NCBI GenBank assembly: GCA_052147455.1
Contig: JBKQKO010000098.1
Span: 42,236-106,235 of the forward strand
Length of the DNA: 64,000 nucleotides
Direction: 5' to 3'
Source: Desulfobaccales bacterium
Lineage (GTDB): Bacteria; Desulfobacterota; Desulfobaccia; Desulfobaccales; 0-14-0-80-60-11
In this document: piece by piece, positions 30,394 through 39,018 of the stretch
Numbering within the stretch: position 1 is the stretch's first letter
How the letters are laid out: each line of letters opens with the position of its first letter
Program-made: the position numbers and the translations under genes
Notes under the pieces: generated by a model
The model's input: the letters and a program-made list of their open reading frames with translations, nothing else
Database searches by the model: none
Told to the model about the DNA's origin: nothing

Positions 30394-31281
30394 TTATGGG
30401 GCCAGGCTGTATAAACTTTCAATGCCCCCGGATAAACGGCAAGCCAGGATAAATAAAGAGAGGGAACCTGTGTCATAACCCCCAAACCGCGCTTGCCACC
30501 CCCAGCATTCGGAAAGCCAGGTGGTGGCGGCCGCCGGGCGCTCGCCCCAGGCGCCCAAACCCAAGATCCCCCACGACAAGGCAATGGGAGTCCGCAAATT
30601 TCCCACCACACCTTTGAGATAATCTAAACTCGTTTCCAGGTTCGATCTCGCAGTCAAACCCTTAAGGGCATCGAGCGCCAAGCCGGTATTCTCCGGCATT
30701 GGTCTTAATTCCGTACCGAACACGCTGATATTACCATAATTCCATCCCCCCTGCGGCAGTTGCCGGTTCAGAAGCAGGCGCGTGGCCTCCACAACGCGTG
30801 GATGGTTACTATGGCCGGTAACCTTCAGGGCGATAACCCCCAGGGCAGTGGGGTCAATCCAGGAATAGGTATCCATTACCCAAGGCCAACCCTTAAGAGT
30901 GACGTCTTCGGCGACAGGTGACTGCTCTTGTTCCTGCAGACCCATACCGGAGTGAGCCAGCAGAAAATCCACCGCCCGGGCCAAACTGTCTTGATGAGGT
31001 GGTGATTGGAGCCAGGCGAGGATGGCCAATTGCGTCGGCCAGTAGACTTCAGGATGGGAGGGAGAAATACAGACTCGCCCATCCGCTAGTTGCCCGGAAG
31101 CTAAACGGGAACGCGCCCGACTAATAATTTCCGGGTCAAAACCGCAAGCACTCAGAGCTAGTATTGCCCAGGCCGTGGCATCAGTTCGATAATCGCCGTT
31201 ATCGGTATTCGCAAAGCCACCTGCGGCCAGGGATCGCTTCCGCAAAAGGCTAATACTGTCGGAAACCAAAGGATCAATCAT
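30394..31281 (-). CDS. Prenyltransferase/squalene-oxidase-repeat (terpene-cyclase-like alpha/alpha-toroid) protein
   Basis: Repeated QW-like motifs (LAAGGFANTDNG, QLADGR, QLPQGGWNYG, TA.A..AL). Its stop lies 30 nt upstream of the DUF362 gene. Confidence 0.65.
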   Translation of the reverse strand: MIDPLVSDSISLLRKRSLAAGGFANTDNGDYRTDATAWAILALSACGFDPEIISRARSRLASGQLADGRVCISPSHPEVYWPTQLAILAWLQSPPHQDSLARAVDFLLAHSGMGLQEQEQSPVAEDVTLKGWPWVMDTYSWIDPTALGVIALKVTGHSNHPRVVEATRLLLNRQLPQGGWNYGNISVFGTELRPMPENTGLALDALKGLTARSNLETSLDYLKGVVGNLRTPIALSWGILGLGAWGERPAAATTWLSECWGWQARFGGYDTGSLSLFILACRLSGGIESLYSLAP

Positions 31282-31311
31282 AAAAAGTTAAATATTAAGA
31301 TAATTAACCGG

Positions 31312-32040
31312 GATTATGCAGCAGCCTTGGCCACCGCAATCCAAAAAAGATCTTGGGGACCTCTTGCCTGGAAAAAAATCCCCCCAAGTTTCTGTTCTTG
31401 AAGCCGACTCCTCCCATTGATACCATGGTAACACAAGTTTCCTTGAAAAAATACTTTTTCCCTGAATTTTGGGCATATCTAACCCTCAGAACCAAGATAC
31501 CTTACTGCTGTGGAGCTTAAGGACCCCAGGCCAGCACCGTCCGATAATGGTGCGCTAAAGGAAAAGCCGAGGCCACCTGGACATACCACCTCCGGGCGTA
31601 GTAAGAAACGCTGGCCCCCACTTTGATCATACGCTTGCTCAACCAGTCCAAGGACCGCTTAACTTCTTCGCCCCAGATATATAACTTTATTATATCAAAT
31701 GGTTATGCTGGTTTCCATCTTTTCCTGCGGATTAGTTAAAGTAAAAATCTATTCCCCAAAATCAAAATCAAATTTCAGGTCGAGATTTTCCCCCCAATCA
31801 TCCGGGTAAAGGTTCCGCCTGACAAATTTCCGGAAAATGAGGCGGCGCTTAATTTTTATAACTAATGCAAACAGATTTGCCGTATGCCGGCGTAGGGCTG
31901 GACCCAGGTGTCCGCCCCCCGAAGGGCAGTGAGATAAGATTCTGAGCGTCACTTTTCCTGACCCAGATCCAGGACTGCAATGCGCCAGTCCTGGCCAACG
32001 TACACCAGCTTGACCCAGTCAGGGTATCGCTGCTGCAAAC
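31312..32040. mobile_element. Degenerate IS remnant, direct-repeat copy A (about 729 bp)
   Basis: Aligns by eye over its length with 42478-43118. Copy A carries an extra ~90 bp that copy B lacks, and it contains a transposase C-terminal fragment. Confidence 0.7.
31517..31678 (-). pseudogene. C-terminal fragment of a DDE transposase (IS4/IS1380-like tail)
   Basis: Hand translation gives IWGEEVKRSLDWLSKRMIKVGASVSYYARRWYVQVASAFPLAHHYRTVLAWGP*, with no upstream continuation. This resembles the conserved C-terminal helix of IS4/IS1380-type transposases. Confidence 0.5.
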
Positions 32041-32179
32041 CATCTAGAAGCCGGTCAATATCCTTTTCATCGAAGGCATACACGGGCATTTTCACCAAAT
32101 ATCTGACCTTGTAGGTCCTCTGGGTGCGCCTCAGGTCCTCCACCGTCCCAAAGGATAGCGCTGCCTCGCCATAAGGCAT
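31949..32179 (-). CDS. Hypothetical small protein (76 aa) partly inside repeat copy A
   Basis: Intact ORF here. The homologous stretch in copy B (about 43020-43110) is interrupted by stops. No family recognised. Confidence 0.3.
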   Translation of the reverse strand: MPYGEAALSFGTVEDLRRTQRTYKVRYLVKMPVYAFDEKDIDRLLDGLQQRYPDWVKLVYVGQDWRIAVLDLGQEK

Positions 32180-32598
32180 GAGCGGCGCCGGGGTGAGCTT
32201 AAAGGGCCTTAGGGAGACGCGCCCGGTATATCATCTATAGGCGTTTTCTCTTTAATTTTGCACTCGCCAAGATATTCCCTTTGATATTTATATCCGGTAT
32301 TTGCCATCCACCAAGGTATGAACGGCGAACTCCAAGGTTCCCAGCATCAATTGATCTTCCAAAAAAACCTGCAAGAGAACTTTGTCGATAGTCATAGGTT
32401 TAATATCTGGCCATGGCTTATACGCTCCAAAAAGTTATTGGCAAAGATAGCACAGATCAATTATTTATTAAAGAATGTAATGTATTATAAGTGTTTTTGG
32501 GTTGAATTAAAGAAGATGGAATTTGGAAGGTAATGATCGGGCGAATACCTTTTTCGACAGCCTCAACAGTGAGCTGCTATGTTGTTTCCATATCATTA

Positions 32599-33594
32599 TC
32601 AGTAGTTATAACGTAGTCTCAGCCAGCACCAGAGGCCCACCAGAGCCTGAACCACAATCCCCCAAAAAGAATAGATCAGACTGAAGGCCAACACTGCCGC
32701 AGCCCGGACTTCCGGGTTGGGAAGGGGAACATATGGGCTGAACAGAAAGACCAGAGCGGCCTGGGTGGTGCCCAAACCCACGGGAGTGATAGGCAGGGCA
32801 CCGATGAGTAGCACTAGAGGCACCATCGCTACTCCCTGCGCCAGAGGGACGGCAATACCCCAAAGACGCAAAGCCCCCCAGTAGGTGAGGACCAGGAGCA
32901 GTACATGGGGGAGCCTCCCGCCGGCCGCGCACAAGTGACCGAGTAGACCAGTTTCCAAGAGAGGTGCCAGCAGTTGATAACTCTGCAAGCAGCGAGGCCG
33001 CAGCCAGATGATGGCCAGATACAGCACCATTCCGACTAACAGTCCGTAGCCCAGGGGAGAGAGGTTAAAGTGGGCCGTTCCTGGATAGCCACCTGCCAAT
33101 AAGCCAAAGCTGGCCACTAACAGGAGTACCCCTATGTTGACAATCATCAAGAAGAGCATAGTACCCGCAGCCCGCATGGTCGCAACCCCTGAGCGCTGAA
33201 GGTAAAGGCCAAAGGCCCCCTGTCCCAAGGCGTAGTTGAGGATACCCAGGATGTAGGTAGCACCTCGGGCCAGAAAAATTAGGAAAAATCGCTGCCTGAA
33301 GCCCGTGATAGCCAGAGAAACTGAGGTGGCATAAGCGTCTGCTATTAAGATTATGAGCACCTGAAGGAGGGTATACGCTCCCAAGGAGAGCCAGGGGCCT
33401 GCCTCAAGCGCGTTGAATAATGCCCTGCGGGGGATTCGGGTGAACAAGAAGGCAAGGATGGTTAGCGCCACCAGCCAAGGCCACAATTTGGCAAAGACCC
33501 CTCTGGGGGCCGGGACGGAGCGTTCAAGCCCCAGGGAGGCTGATCCTTTGGGCTTAGGGAGTTTCATGGCGATGCTTGATGGGGTGGAGGCCAA
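32599..33594 (-). CDS. UPF0104 / lysylphosphatidylglycerol-synthase-TM-like (flippase-like, HpnL-type) membrane protein
   Basis: 331 aa, roughly 8 TM. Pattern L.L....L..LIILIADAYA......TGF, FFLIFLARGATYILG.LNYALGQGAFG.YL. The start is uncertain (33594 or 33567). Confidence 0.65.
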   Translation of the reverse strand: MASTPSSIAMKLPKPKGSASLGLERSVPAPRGVFAKLWPWLVALTILAFLFTRIPRRALFNALEAGPWLSLGAYTLLQVLIILIADAYATSVSLAITGFRQRFFLIFLARGATYILGILNYALGQGAFGLYLQRSGVATMRAAGTMLFLMIVNIGVLLLVASFGLLAGGYPGTAHFNLSPLGYGLLVGMVLYLAIIWLRPRCLQSYQLLAPLLETGLLGHLCAAGGRLPHVLLLVLTYWGALRLWGIAVPLAQGVAMVPLVLLIGALPITPVGLGTTQAALVFLFSPYVPLPNPEVRAAAVLAFSLIYSFWGIVVQALVGLWCWLRLRYNY

Positions 33595-35221
33595 ACTGAG
33601 CCAGTTCTTCGGGCTTAACGGTATGGACTGTTCCCAGTGTTTTTAATTTGGCCAACTGATCCTCGTTTAAATAGGGAGCGAACAGGATCTTCGGATGATT
33701 GCGCAGGAAAGGGTCGTTTCGCACCAGCAACTGAGAAAACCACACCTCGGTGGGATCAATGACGGCAAAGGAGTACGGCAGGGACTGAATATACTGAGCC
33801 GATCTGGCAAAGGGCCGAATGAAGCTCTCGACTTGCAGGCAACGGAGGGGGAATTGGACCAGCACCGCCAGCGCGGTGCCCAGCACAAAGAGCCCCCAGG
33901 CTTTTCTGAGACCTAAACTCTCTTTGAGGAAAAACCAGCCGGCTACTGCCACTAGGACCAGGTTTCCCAGGACTCCGTAAAAGAAACGGTACCCCCAGCC
34001 CAACACCTGATCTACAGGGAAGAAGAAGAAAAAGCCGAAGGTCAGTAGACAGCCAAAAATTAGAGTCTTAAAGAAAGGGGCCAATTTCTGCCAATAAATG
34101 AAGGACAGGAGAACCGAGACCGTAAGCGCCAGGGACTGCCAGGCAAAGAGCATGGAGAGGTTCATCGGTTGAATCAAAAATTGGTAGAATCCAGGGAACT
34201 GGAAGGCGCTCATGTCGGAGCTTCTAAGAAAAACCAAGCGGGACCACCAAAGATACCACATTACGCAGCCGGCAGCGTAAACCGCCCCGAAGTACAGGGT
34301 GAGCCGCCAGTTTCTCCGCCAAACCAGGACCAGGAGAAAAGGGGCGACAAACAGGGCATGGACAAAGGGGTTGTGGAGGCCCAGGGCAAAAAACCCGATC
34401 CAGGGAGTCACCAAGTATCCCAGCCGATCACCGCGGCAATAGAAATAGAGCCAGGCCAGGTTGAAGCAGAGATGCGCCGGATAGGCGTAAGAGGTCATGG
34501 AGGTGATGAGAAACTGCGTGGAGGAAGCTAAAAGGATAACCGCAATAAATGGTGCCAGGGTCTCTTGGGGCCACAGCCGGCGGGCCACGGCGGCAATAAG
34601 CACGAGGCTCAATCCTCCCAGAGCTGGACCAGTCAAGGGTTCCACCCCTAGTGCCAGGAATCCGGTTCGCAGCAGGGAATATATCGGTAGGTAAGAACTG
34701 ATCCAGGTCCCTTTCTGGGGGTTAAAAATTGCGAAAATCGGCGTCAGGGCTTCGCCGAACTCCCTCAATTGGGGGGGCAGGAGGGCCTTGACCTGGCCGG
34801 TCATAAAGATTTGCGCCTGAAACCGGGGCAGGAACTCGTCATTGCTCAGGGGAAAATTGTGTAATACCAGGAAGTTCCCTATCCAGGCCAGGAGCACCAC
34901 GGCCGGGACCATCACCCACAACCAGGGAAATCTGGCCAACTGGTCGCGGCTGAGGGGAGCCGGCCAAACCGAAAGGAGCCGATCCCCCAACAGATATGGG
35001 CGTGCCAGCCACAAAGCCAGGAAAAGCAAGATGAACACCCCGGTCTCATTTCTGACATACAGGACATGGAAGGAGTTACCATAGAAATCGCGGCTCGATA
35101 GGCCAGCCTGCCAGACGAATAGGCTAAAAAGCAAACCCACAGCAAAAATGGCCATCCCCAGGTTAATGGCGATCCTAAGGGCTTCCGGGACATTCTTGTG
35201 ATCACTCGGGGTTTTGGCCAT
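33554..35221 (-). CDS. Large polytopic membrane protein, putative GT-C-fold glycosyltransferase
   Basis: About 556 aa, at least 11 TM, an acidic first-loop motif (PLSNDEF) and a C-terminal soluble domain. The ATG at 35221 is preferred over the upstream ORF start. Confidence 0.5.
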   Translation of the reverse strand: MAKTPSDHKNVPEALRIAINLGMAIFAVGLLFSLFVWQAGLSSRDFYGNSFHVLYVRNETGVFILLFLALWLARPYLLGDRLLSVWPAPLSRDQLARFPWLWVMVPAVVLLAWIGNFLVLHNFPLSNDEFLPRFQAQIFMTGQVKALLPPQLREFGEALTPIFAIFNPQKGTWISSYLPIYSLLRTGFLALGVEPLTGPALGGLSLVLIAAVARRLWPQETLAPFIAVILLASSTQFLITSMTSYAYPAHLCFNLAWLYFYCRGDRLGYLVTPWIGFFALGLHNPFVHALFVAPFLLVLVWRRNWRLTLYFGAVYAAGCVMWYLWWSRLVFLRSSDMSAFQFPGFYQFLIQPMNLSMLFAWQSLALTVSVLLSFIYWQKLAPFFKTLIFGCLLTFGFFFFFPVDQVLGWGYRFFYGVLGNLVLVAVAGWFFLKESLGLRKAWGLFVLGTALAVLVQFPLRCLQVESFIRPFARSAQYIQSLPYSFAVIDPTEVWFSQLLVRNDPFLRNHPKILFAPYLNEDQLAKLKTLGTVHTVKPEELAQFGLHPIKHRHETP

Positions 35222-35243
35222 GTACCTCGGTCTCAGGTCTTCT

Positions 35244-36194
35244 CTACCCTCGTCTCCAGTAGTACTTGTGGAGGCTGAGATAGTATTTGGCCCGGGTCGG
35301 CAACAGATGAGATTTTTGACCCAAGGCGAACCCAAGGGATCTGGCTGCCTCATGCAGGAAAAAATAGGGGATCCAAGCAGCCTTGTCCCGGTTTATCAAA
35401 TATTTAATACCCTTCCTTAGGTGACTCAGTTCGTAAGAGACCATCCGCCTAAATGAGTCTCCGACTATTCCTCTCAATGAGCAACCGCTGTCAAAATTTC
35501 TTTGCAAGACATGCCTCAGCCCATAATTGTGAGAATGTATGACGGCCGCAGCCGGTTCGTAAATGATAGAAAAGCCTTCCTGTAACACTTCCTTAGCCCA
35601 TTGTTGATCTTCGCTCATGATCAAGTTTTCATTAAAGGGTACTTGTTCCCAGACCTGGCGTTTAATGGCCGAGCAAACGTTCGAGAAGAAGATGGATTGA
35701 ATGGTGGGATTACCTGATGAATCGTAATAGCGAGTTTGGGGTAATTCAGGATAAGTGGCCCACAAAAAAAATTGCTCTACAGGATTTGCAGAGGTATGAG
35801 GAAGCTGTCTCCCGTAAGCTGCAGCCATTGTAGAACAGGTCAATGGAGCAACGAGGCAGAGAAGAAAGTTGGGAGTGGTGGGAATTGCATCCTGGACCAG
35901 ATAGACTATTATATCGCCTTTAGCCAGCTTGGCCCCAAGATTCCTCGTGCGGCCATGCCCAAACTCGGAGGGCAAAATCCGGTGAATCTGTATCTGGGGA
36001 TAGCGTGCTGCATATTTCAGAGTTGAATCATGCGAGCCTGAATCGATAAGGATGATCTCCGCCTTGTCGATGCCCGTGCAAGCGAATAAGCTTTCCAATA
36101 CTTCTTGGAAGAGATTACCTGCGTTCTTGGTGAGAATGATGATGGAGATTCCAGAGAAATCTCCGGAAGACTGCTTAGGGAGCGTTCTTTTCAT
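35244..36194 (-). CDS. Glycosyltransferase family 2
   Basis: ISIIILTKNAG......LESL.......AEIILIDSGSHDST, with a DxD-like VQDA. Confidence 0.8.
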   Translation of the reverse strand: MKRTLPKQSSGDFSGISIIILTKNAGNLFQEVLESLFACTGIDKAEIILIDSGSHDSTLKYAARYPQIQIHRILPSEFGHGRTRNLGAKLAKGDIIVYLVQDAIPTTPNFLLCLVAPLTCSTMAAAYGRQLPHTSANPVEQFFLWATYPELPQTRYYDSSGNPTIQSIFFSNVCSAIKRQVWEQVPFNENLIMSEDQQWAKEVLQEGFSIIYEPAAAVIHSHNYGLRHVLQRNFDSGCSLRGIVGDSFRRMVSYELSHLRKGIKYLINRDKAAWIPYFFLHEAARSLGFALGQKSHLLPTRAKYYLSLHKYYWRRG

Positions 36195-36689
36195 TGACCC
36201 ACGTCAGCCTCTCAGGAAGCAGTTTTCCTCTGGAAGGCCATCATAACAGTACCCCCCCTTCCGGTGACAGCCTCAAGCAAGGCCAAGGGCTGGATGCACC
36301 AGGTCCCCCCCGGGAGAGTAATTATAATACGAAGTTGATCAACTTCATTATAAACGTAACTGGATTAATCAATTGCATCTTTTAGAGTTATCCCCTTGCT
36401 TGGCAAATCGGCTTGCGTAATGGCAATTTGGAGGGGCCTTTTTTGACTACACCCCACAAGGGGGCCAGTTTCGGCTTGCTTGGTTCTGCTAACCAATCTC
36501 TTAGCTTTGCGAGAAAATCTTGAGCTACATTCTTGCAACGACTAAAGTGGGATACCGTGAAGGTTCTTGTCAGTACTTGGCAAAAATAGCTACAAAATGT
36601 ATAGTCAAAAATGTGGTTGCCCCTTCCAACCACACCTCCTACATAAAAACCGTGAAAAGCGATTTCTTATCATCTCACCTTGTCACACT

Positions 36690-37592
36690 TTAGCCGTCCC
36701 GCCGCCTCATACGCTCTTCCATTCCCTCGATATACGAAGCGACCAAGAGTGAGAACCAGTAGAGCCTCTTGCTGAGATGTTTCATGACGAAGCCGAGGGA
36801 TCTTAAGGGATAGAATACCGTTTTCGCCAGAGTGATATTGACCGGCAAGGCCACCCTGGCGACCTCGGGGTGTTTCCTTTTGAATATCTCTCCAGATATC
36901 CCGCTCAACCGCATCCGCGCAAGATAGGAATCAAGCGTTATCGCATGCCGATGATATCCCATCGCATCCTTGTCGAATATGATCTTCAAGCCTTTCCGTT
37001 CGAGGCGGTAACCGAGATCGGTATCCTCGAACCCCGCAAACGGGAATTCCTCGTCGAAAAGGTCGTCCTGGAACCATTTCCTTCCCAGTGAAATATTCGA
37101 GGTATAAAAACGACGGAAACCGCAATCCATAGGGTCCTTGATACTGAGGAACCTAAACTGCGGACCCTCAGGCGCAAGGTACCTCATGAAGTCGGTAATC
37201 TCTAGATCATCGGGGGGCCATTCGACCATCCCGAGTACCGCGGTACCGGGGAATTTCTTATGCGACCGGATATGACATTCAACTAGGTTCGCCGCGGGGA
37301 GTATATCGTCACCGATGAGGAGAATTATATCCGAACTGGCAGCACTTATACCGGTATTTCGGGCAGCGCCGGGACCGGCATTACGCTGGCTCAGATAGGA
37401 CAGATGGTACGGATATTTCGCCCGTGCCGCAGAAACCGCAGGTCCAGTGTCATCGGTGCTGCCGTCGTCCACCACGACAACCTCGAAGCGCGTGCAGGGA
37501 TAGGTCTGGACTGCGAGCAGATCTAGGGTTTTCAGGAGAGACTCGACCCGGTTATAGGTCGGTATGACAACACTGATGTCAGGTTTTCCCAT
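36690..37592 (-). CDS. Glycosyltransferase family 2
   Basis: ISVVIPTYNRVESLLKTLDLLAVQTYP...FEVVVVDDGSTDDT; GDDILP. Confidence 0.85.
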   Translation of the reverse strand: MGKPDISVVIPTYNRVESLLKTLDLLAVQTYPCTRFEVVVVDDGSTDDTGPAVSAARAKYPYHLSYLSQRNAGPGAARNTGISAASSDIILLIGDDILPAANLVECHIRSHKKFPGTAVLGMVEWPPDDLEITDFMRYLAPEGPQFRFLSIKDPMDCGFRRFYTSNISLGRKWFQDDLFDEEFPFAGFEDTDLGYRLERKGLKIIFDKDAMGYHRHAITLDSYLARMRLSGISGEIFKRKHPEVARVALPVNITLAKTVFYPLRSLGFVMKHLSKRLYWFSLLVASYIEGMEERMRRRDG

Positions 37593-38694
37593 TGGCCACT
37601 CTGTATCTCAAGTACCCCTTGAGAATGGCGGGCACGGTCCGAACGTAGGCCGCGGCGGAGAGTTTAATAAAGCAGACATGCGTGCATGCGCAATCTGTCG
37701 CGCGAATCTTTTGCCTGAGTTCCATCGCTCGACGCGAATTCCAGACGGACATGAAATCGTACCCAGCGTCCCTGACATTACCGATAGCGGGCAGCAGTTC
37801 GCATAGTCGTACGCCGCCATCGGGTTCAAGTACCCCGATGTTTCGTCCTGCCGTGCACCGTGCGGGAAGTTCCCGGCGGTCAAGGACGCGTTCCTTCGCC
37901 TTCTGCGAGTACAGCAGCAGTCCCATTTCTGCGAAGCGTTCCATCTCTCCGGCTCCGCGCCGTTTCAGGTACCGTTCCCTGTTCCGGGCGACAAGTCCAT
38001 GCAGGAGCCGGATCTCCGCGACTGGCGGTGCTTTTAAGCCGCCGTCTTTGGGGTCGCCCCGCAATATTTCGAAATCATGGTAATCGCAGTCTAATTCGTT
38101 ATATACGAATTCACAGAGGAGATCGATCTCACCCGCGTTTCTTTCGGTAATAACGGTATTGATGACAATCTCCAGTTTCGGATTCCGCCGCCTGATCCTT
38201 GAAAGCTCCGTAACAGTCTCGACGACTTTGTCGAAAACGCCTTTCTTTCCCCTCATCGCGTCATGGGTCTCGCGCATCCCGTCAAGGGATGGATTTATCG
38301 AAAGGGTTAGGTGCGGATACCTGTCCAGGATATCCTCAACGAACGGCAGCATGCGTTCCGGAAGCGTGCAGTTGGTGGGAATTGCAAGCGCGGCGATGCC
38401 GTTCTGTTCAATAAAACATGAACATACTGCGGAGATGTCGTTTCTCATAAAGGGTTCACCGCCGGAAAGGAGCAGCGTCCGAAACCTACCCATTGAGGCC
38501 GAAACCTTTTTTATCTCAGCCAAGGAAAGGTTCTCAGTCCTGTTCAGGCTTTGCCAGTAAAAACATGTCGAGCACCGGCAATTGCACGTTGATGTGATGA
38601 AGAAAATCAGAAAATTGATCCTGTCAACGGCAGTGACGTTCTCAAGGAAATTGGCTACATATCGACCGAGCAGTTTATTTTTTTTCATTCGCAA
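37579..38694 (-). CDS. Radical SAM enzyme with a SPASM/twitch-type C-terminal cysteine cluster
   Basis: CX3CX2C motif in FFITSTCNCRCSTCFYW; GGEPF; C-terminal cysteines (CTAGRN...LCELL...CACTHVCF). Overlaps the downstream GT2 gene by 14 nt. Confidence 0.8.
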   Translation of the reverse strand: MRMKKNKLLGRYVANFLENVTAVDRINFLIFFITSTCNCRCSTCFYWQSLNRTENLSLAEIKKVSASMGRFRTLLLSGGEPFMRNDISAVCSCFIEQNGIAALAIPTNCTLPERMLPFVEDILDRYPHLTLSINPSLDGMRETHDAMRGKKGVFDKVVETVTELSRIRRRNPKLEIVINTVITERNAGEIDLLCEFVYNELDCDYHDFEILRGDPKDGGLKAPPVAEIRLLHGLVARNRERYLKRRGAGEMERFAEMGLLLYSQKAKERVLDRRELPARCTAGRNIGVLEPDGGVRLCELLPAIGNVRDAGYDFMSVWNSRRAMELRQKIRATDCACTHVCFIKLSAAAYVRTVPAILKGYLRYRVANGKT

Positions 38695-38719
38695 CCTGGG
38701 TTACGGTATCAGAAATTGC

Positions 38720-38747
38720 ATTATAGCACTATTCCTTTATTCTTCAA
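38720..38747 (-). promoter_or_regulatory. Candidate sigma70 promoter for the radical SAM/GT2 pair
   Basis: On the minus strand: TTGAAG, a 16-nt spacer, then TATAAT. The -10 element lies about 25 nt upstream of the ATG at 38694. Confidence 0.4.
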
Positions 38748-39018
38748 CACCTCGGGTGCCGTAGGAGGTTCAATTCTATTTTCTTCCATCACCCGATTTA
38801 ACAAGCTGGACCTTTCCATCAGAGTATTGATAGCGATATTAGGAAGGTCTATCAAACCGGGTGAACCAAATATTTTTAAGATTGCGCCAAAAGCGTTGCA
38901 ATCTAATTTTTATACACATTGATAATATCCTCTCAGGGTAATTGCTATGAAAGCAAAATTGCAACGTGATAGCGTACCCCGAAACTTCCATTTAACCGTT
39001 ACCAATCCGTTTCATTGG

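Noticed and set aside
32318-32533. 71-aa plus-strand ORF in AT-rich DNA next to repeat copy A
   Set aside because: No RBS and an unremarkable AT-driven composition. The opposite strand shows a short transposase-N-terminus-like fragment instead.
38695-39018. Small minus-strand ORFs (51 aa and 32 aa) upstream of the radical SAM gene, considered as RiPP precursor peptides
   Set aside because: They lie upstream of the predicted promoter or overlap it. They lack Cys/Ser/Thr-rich cores or leader-like features, and nothing supports their translation.
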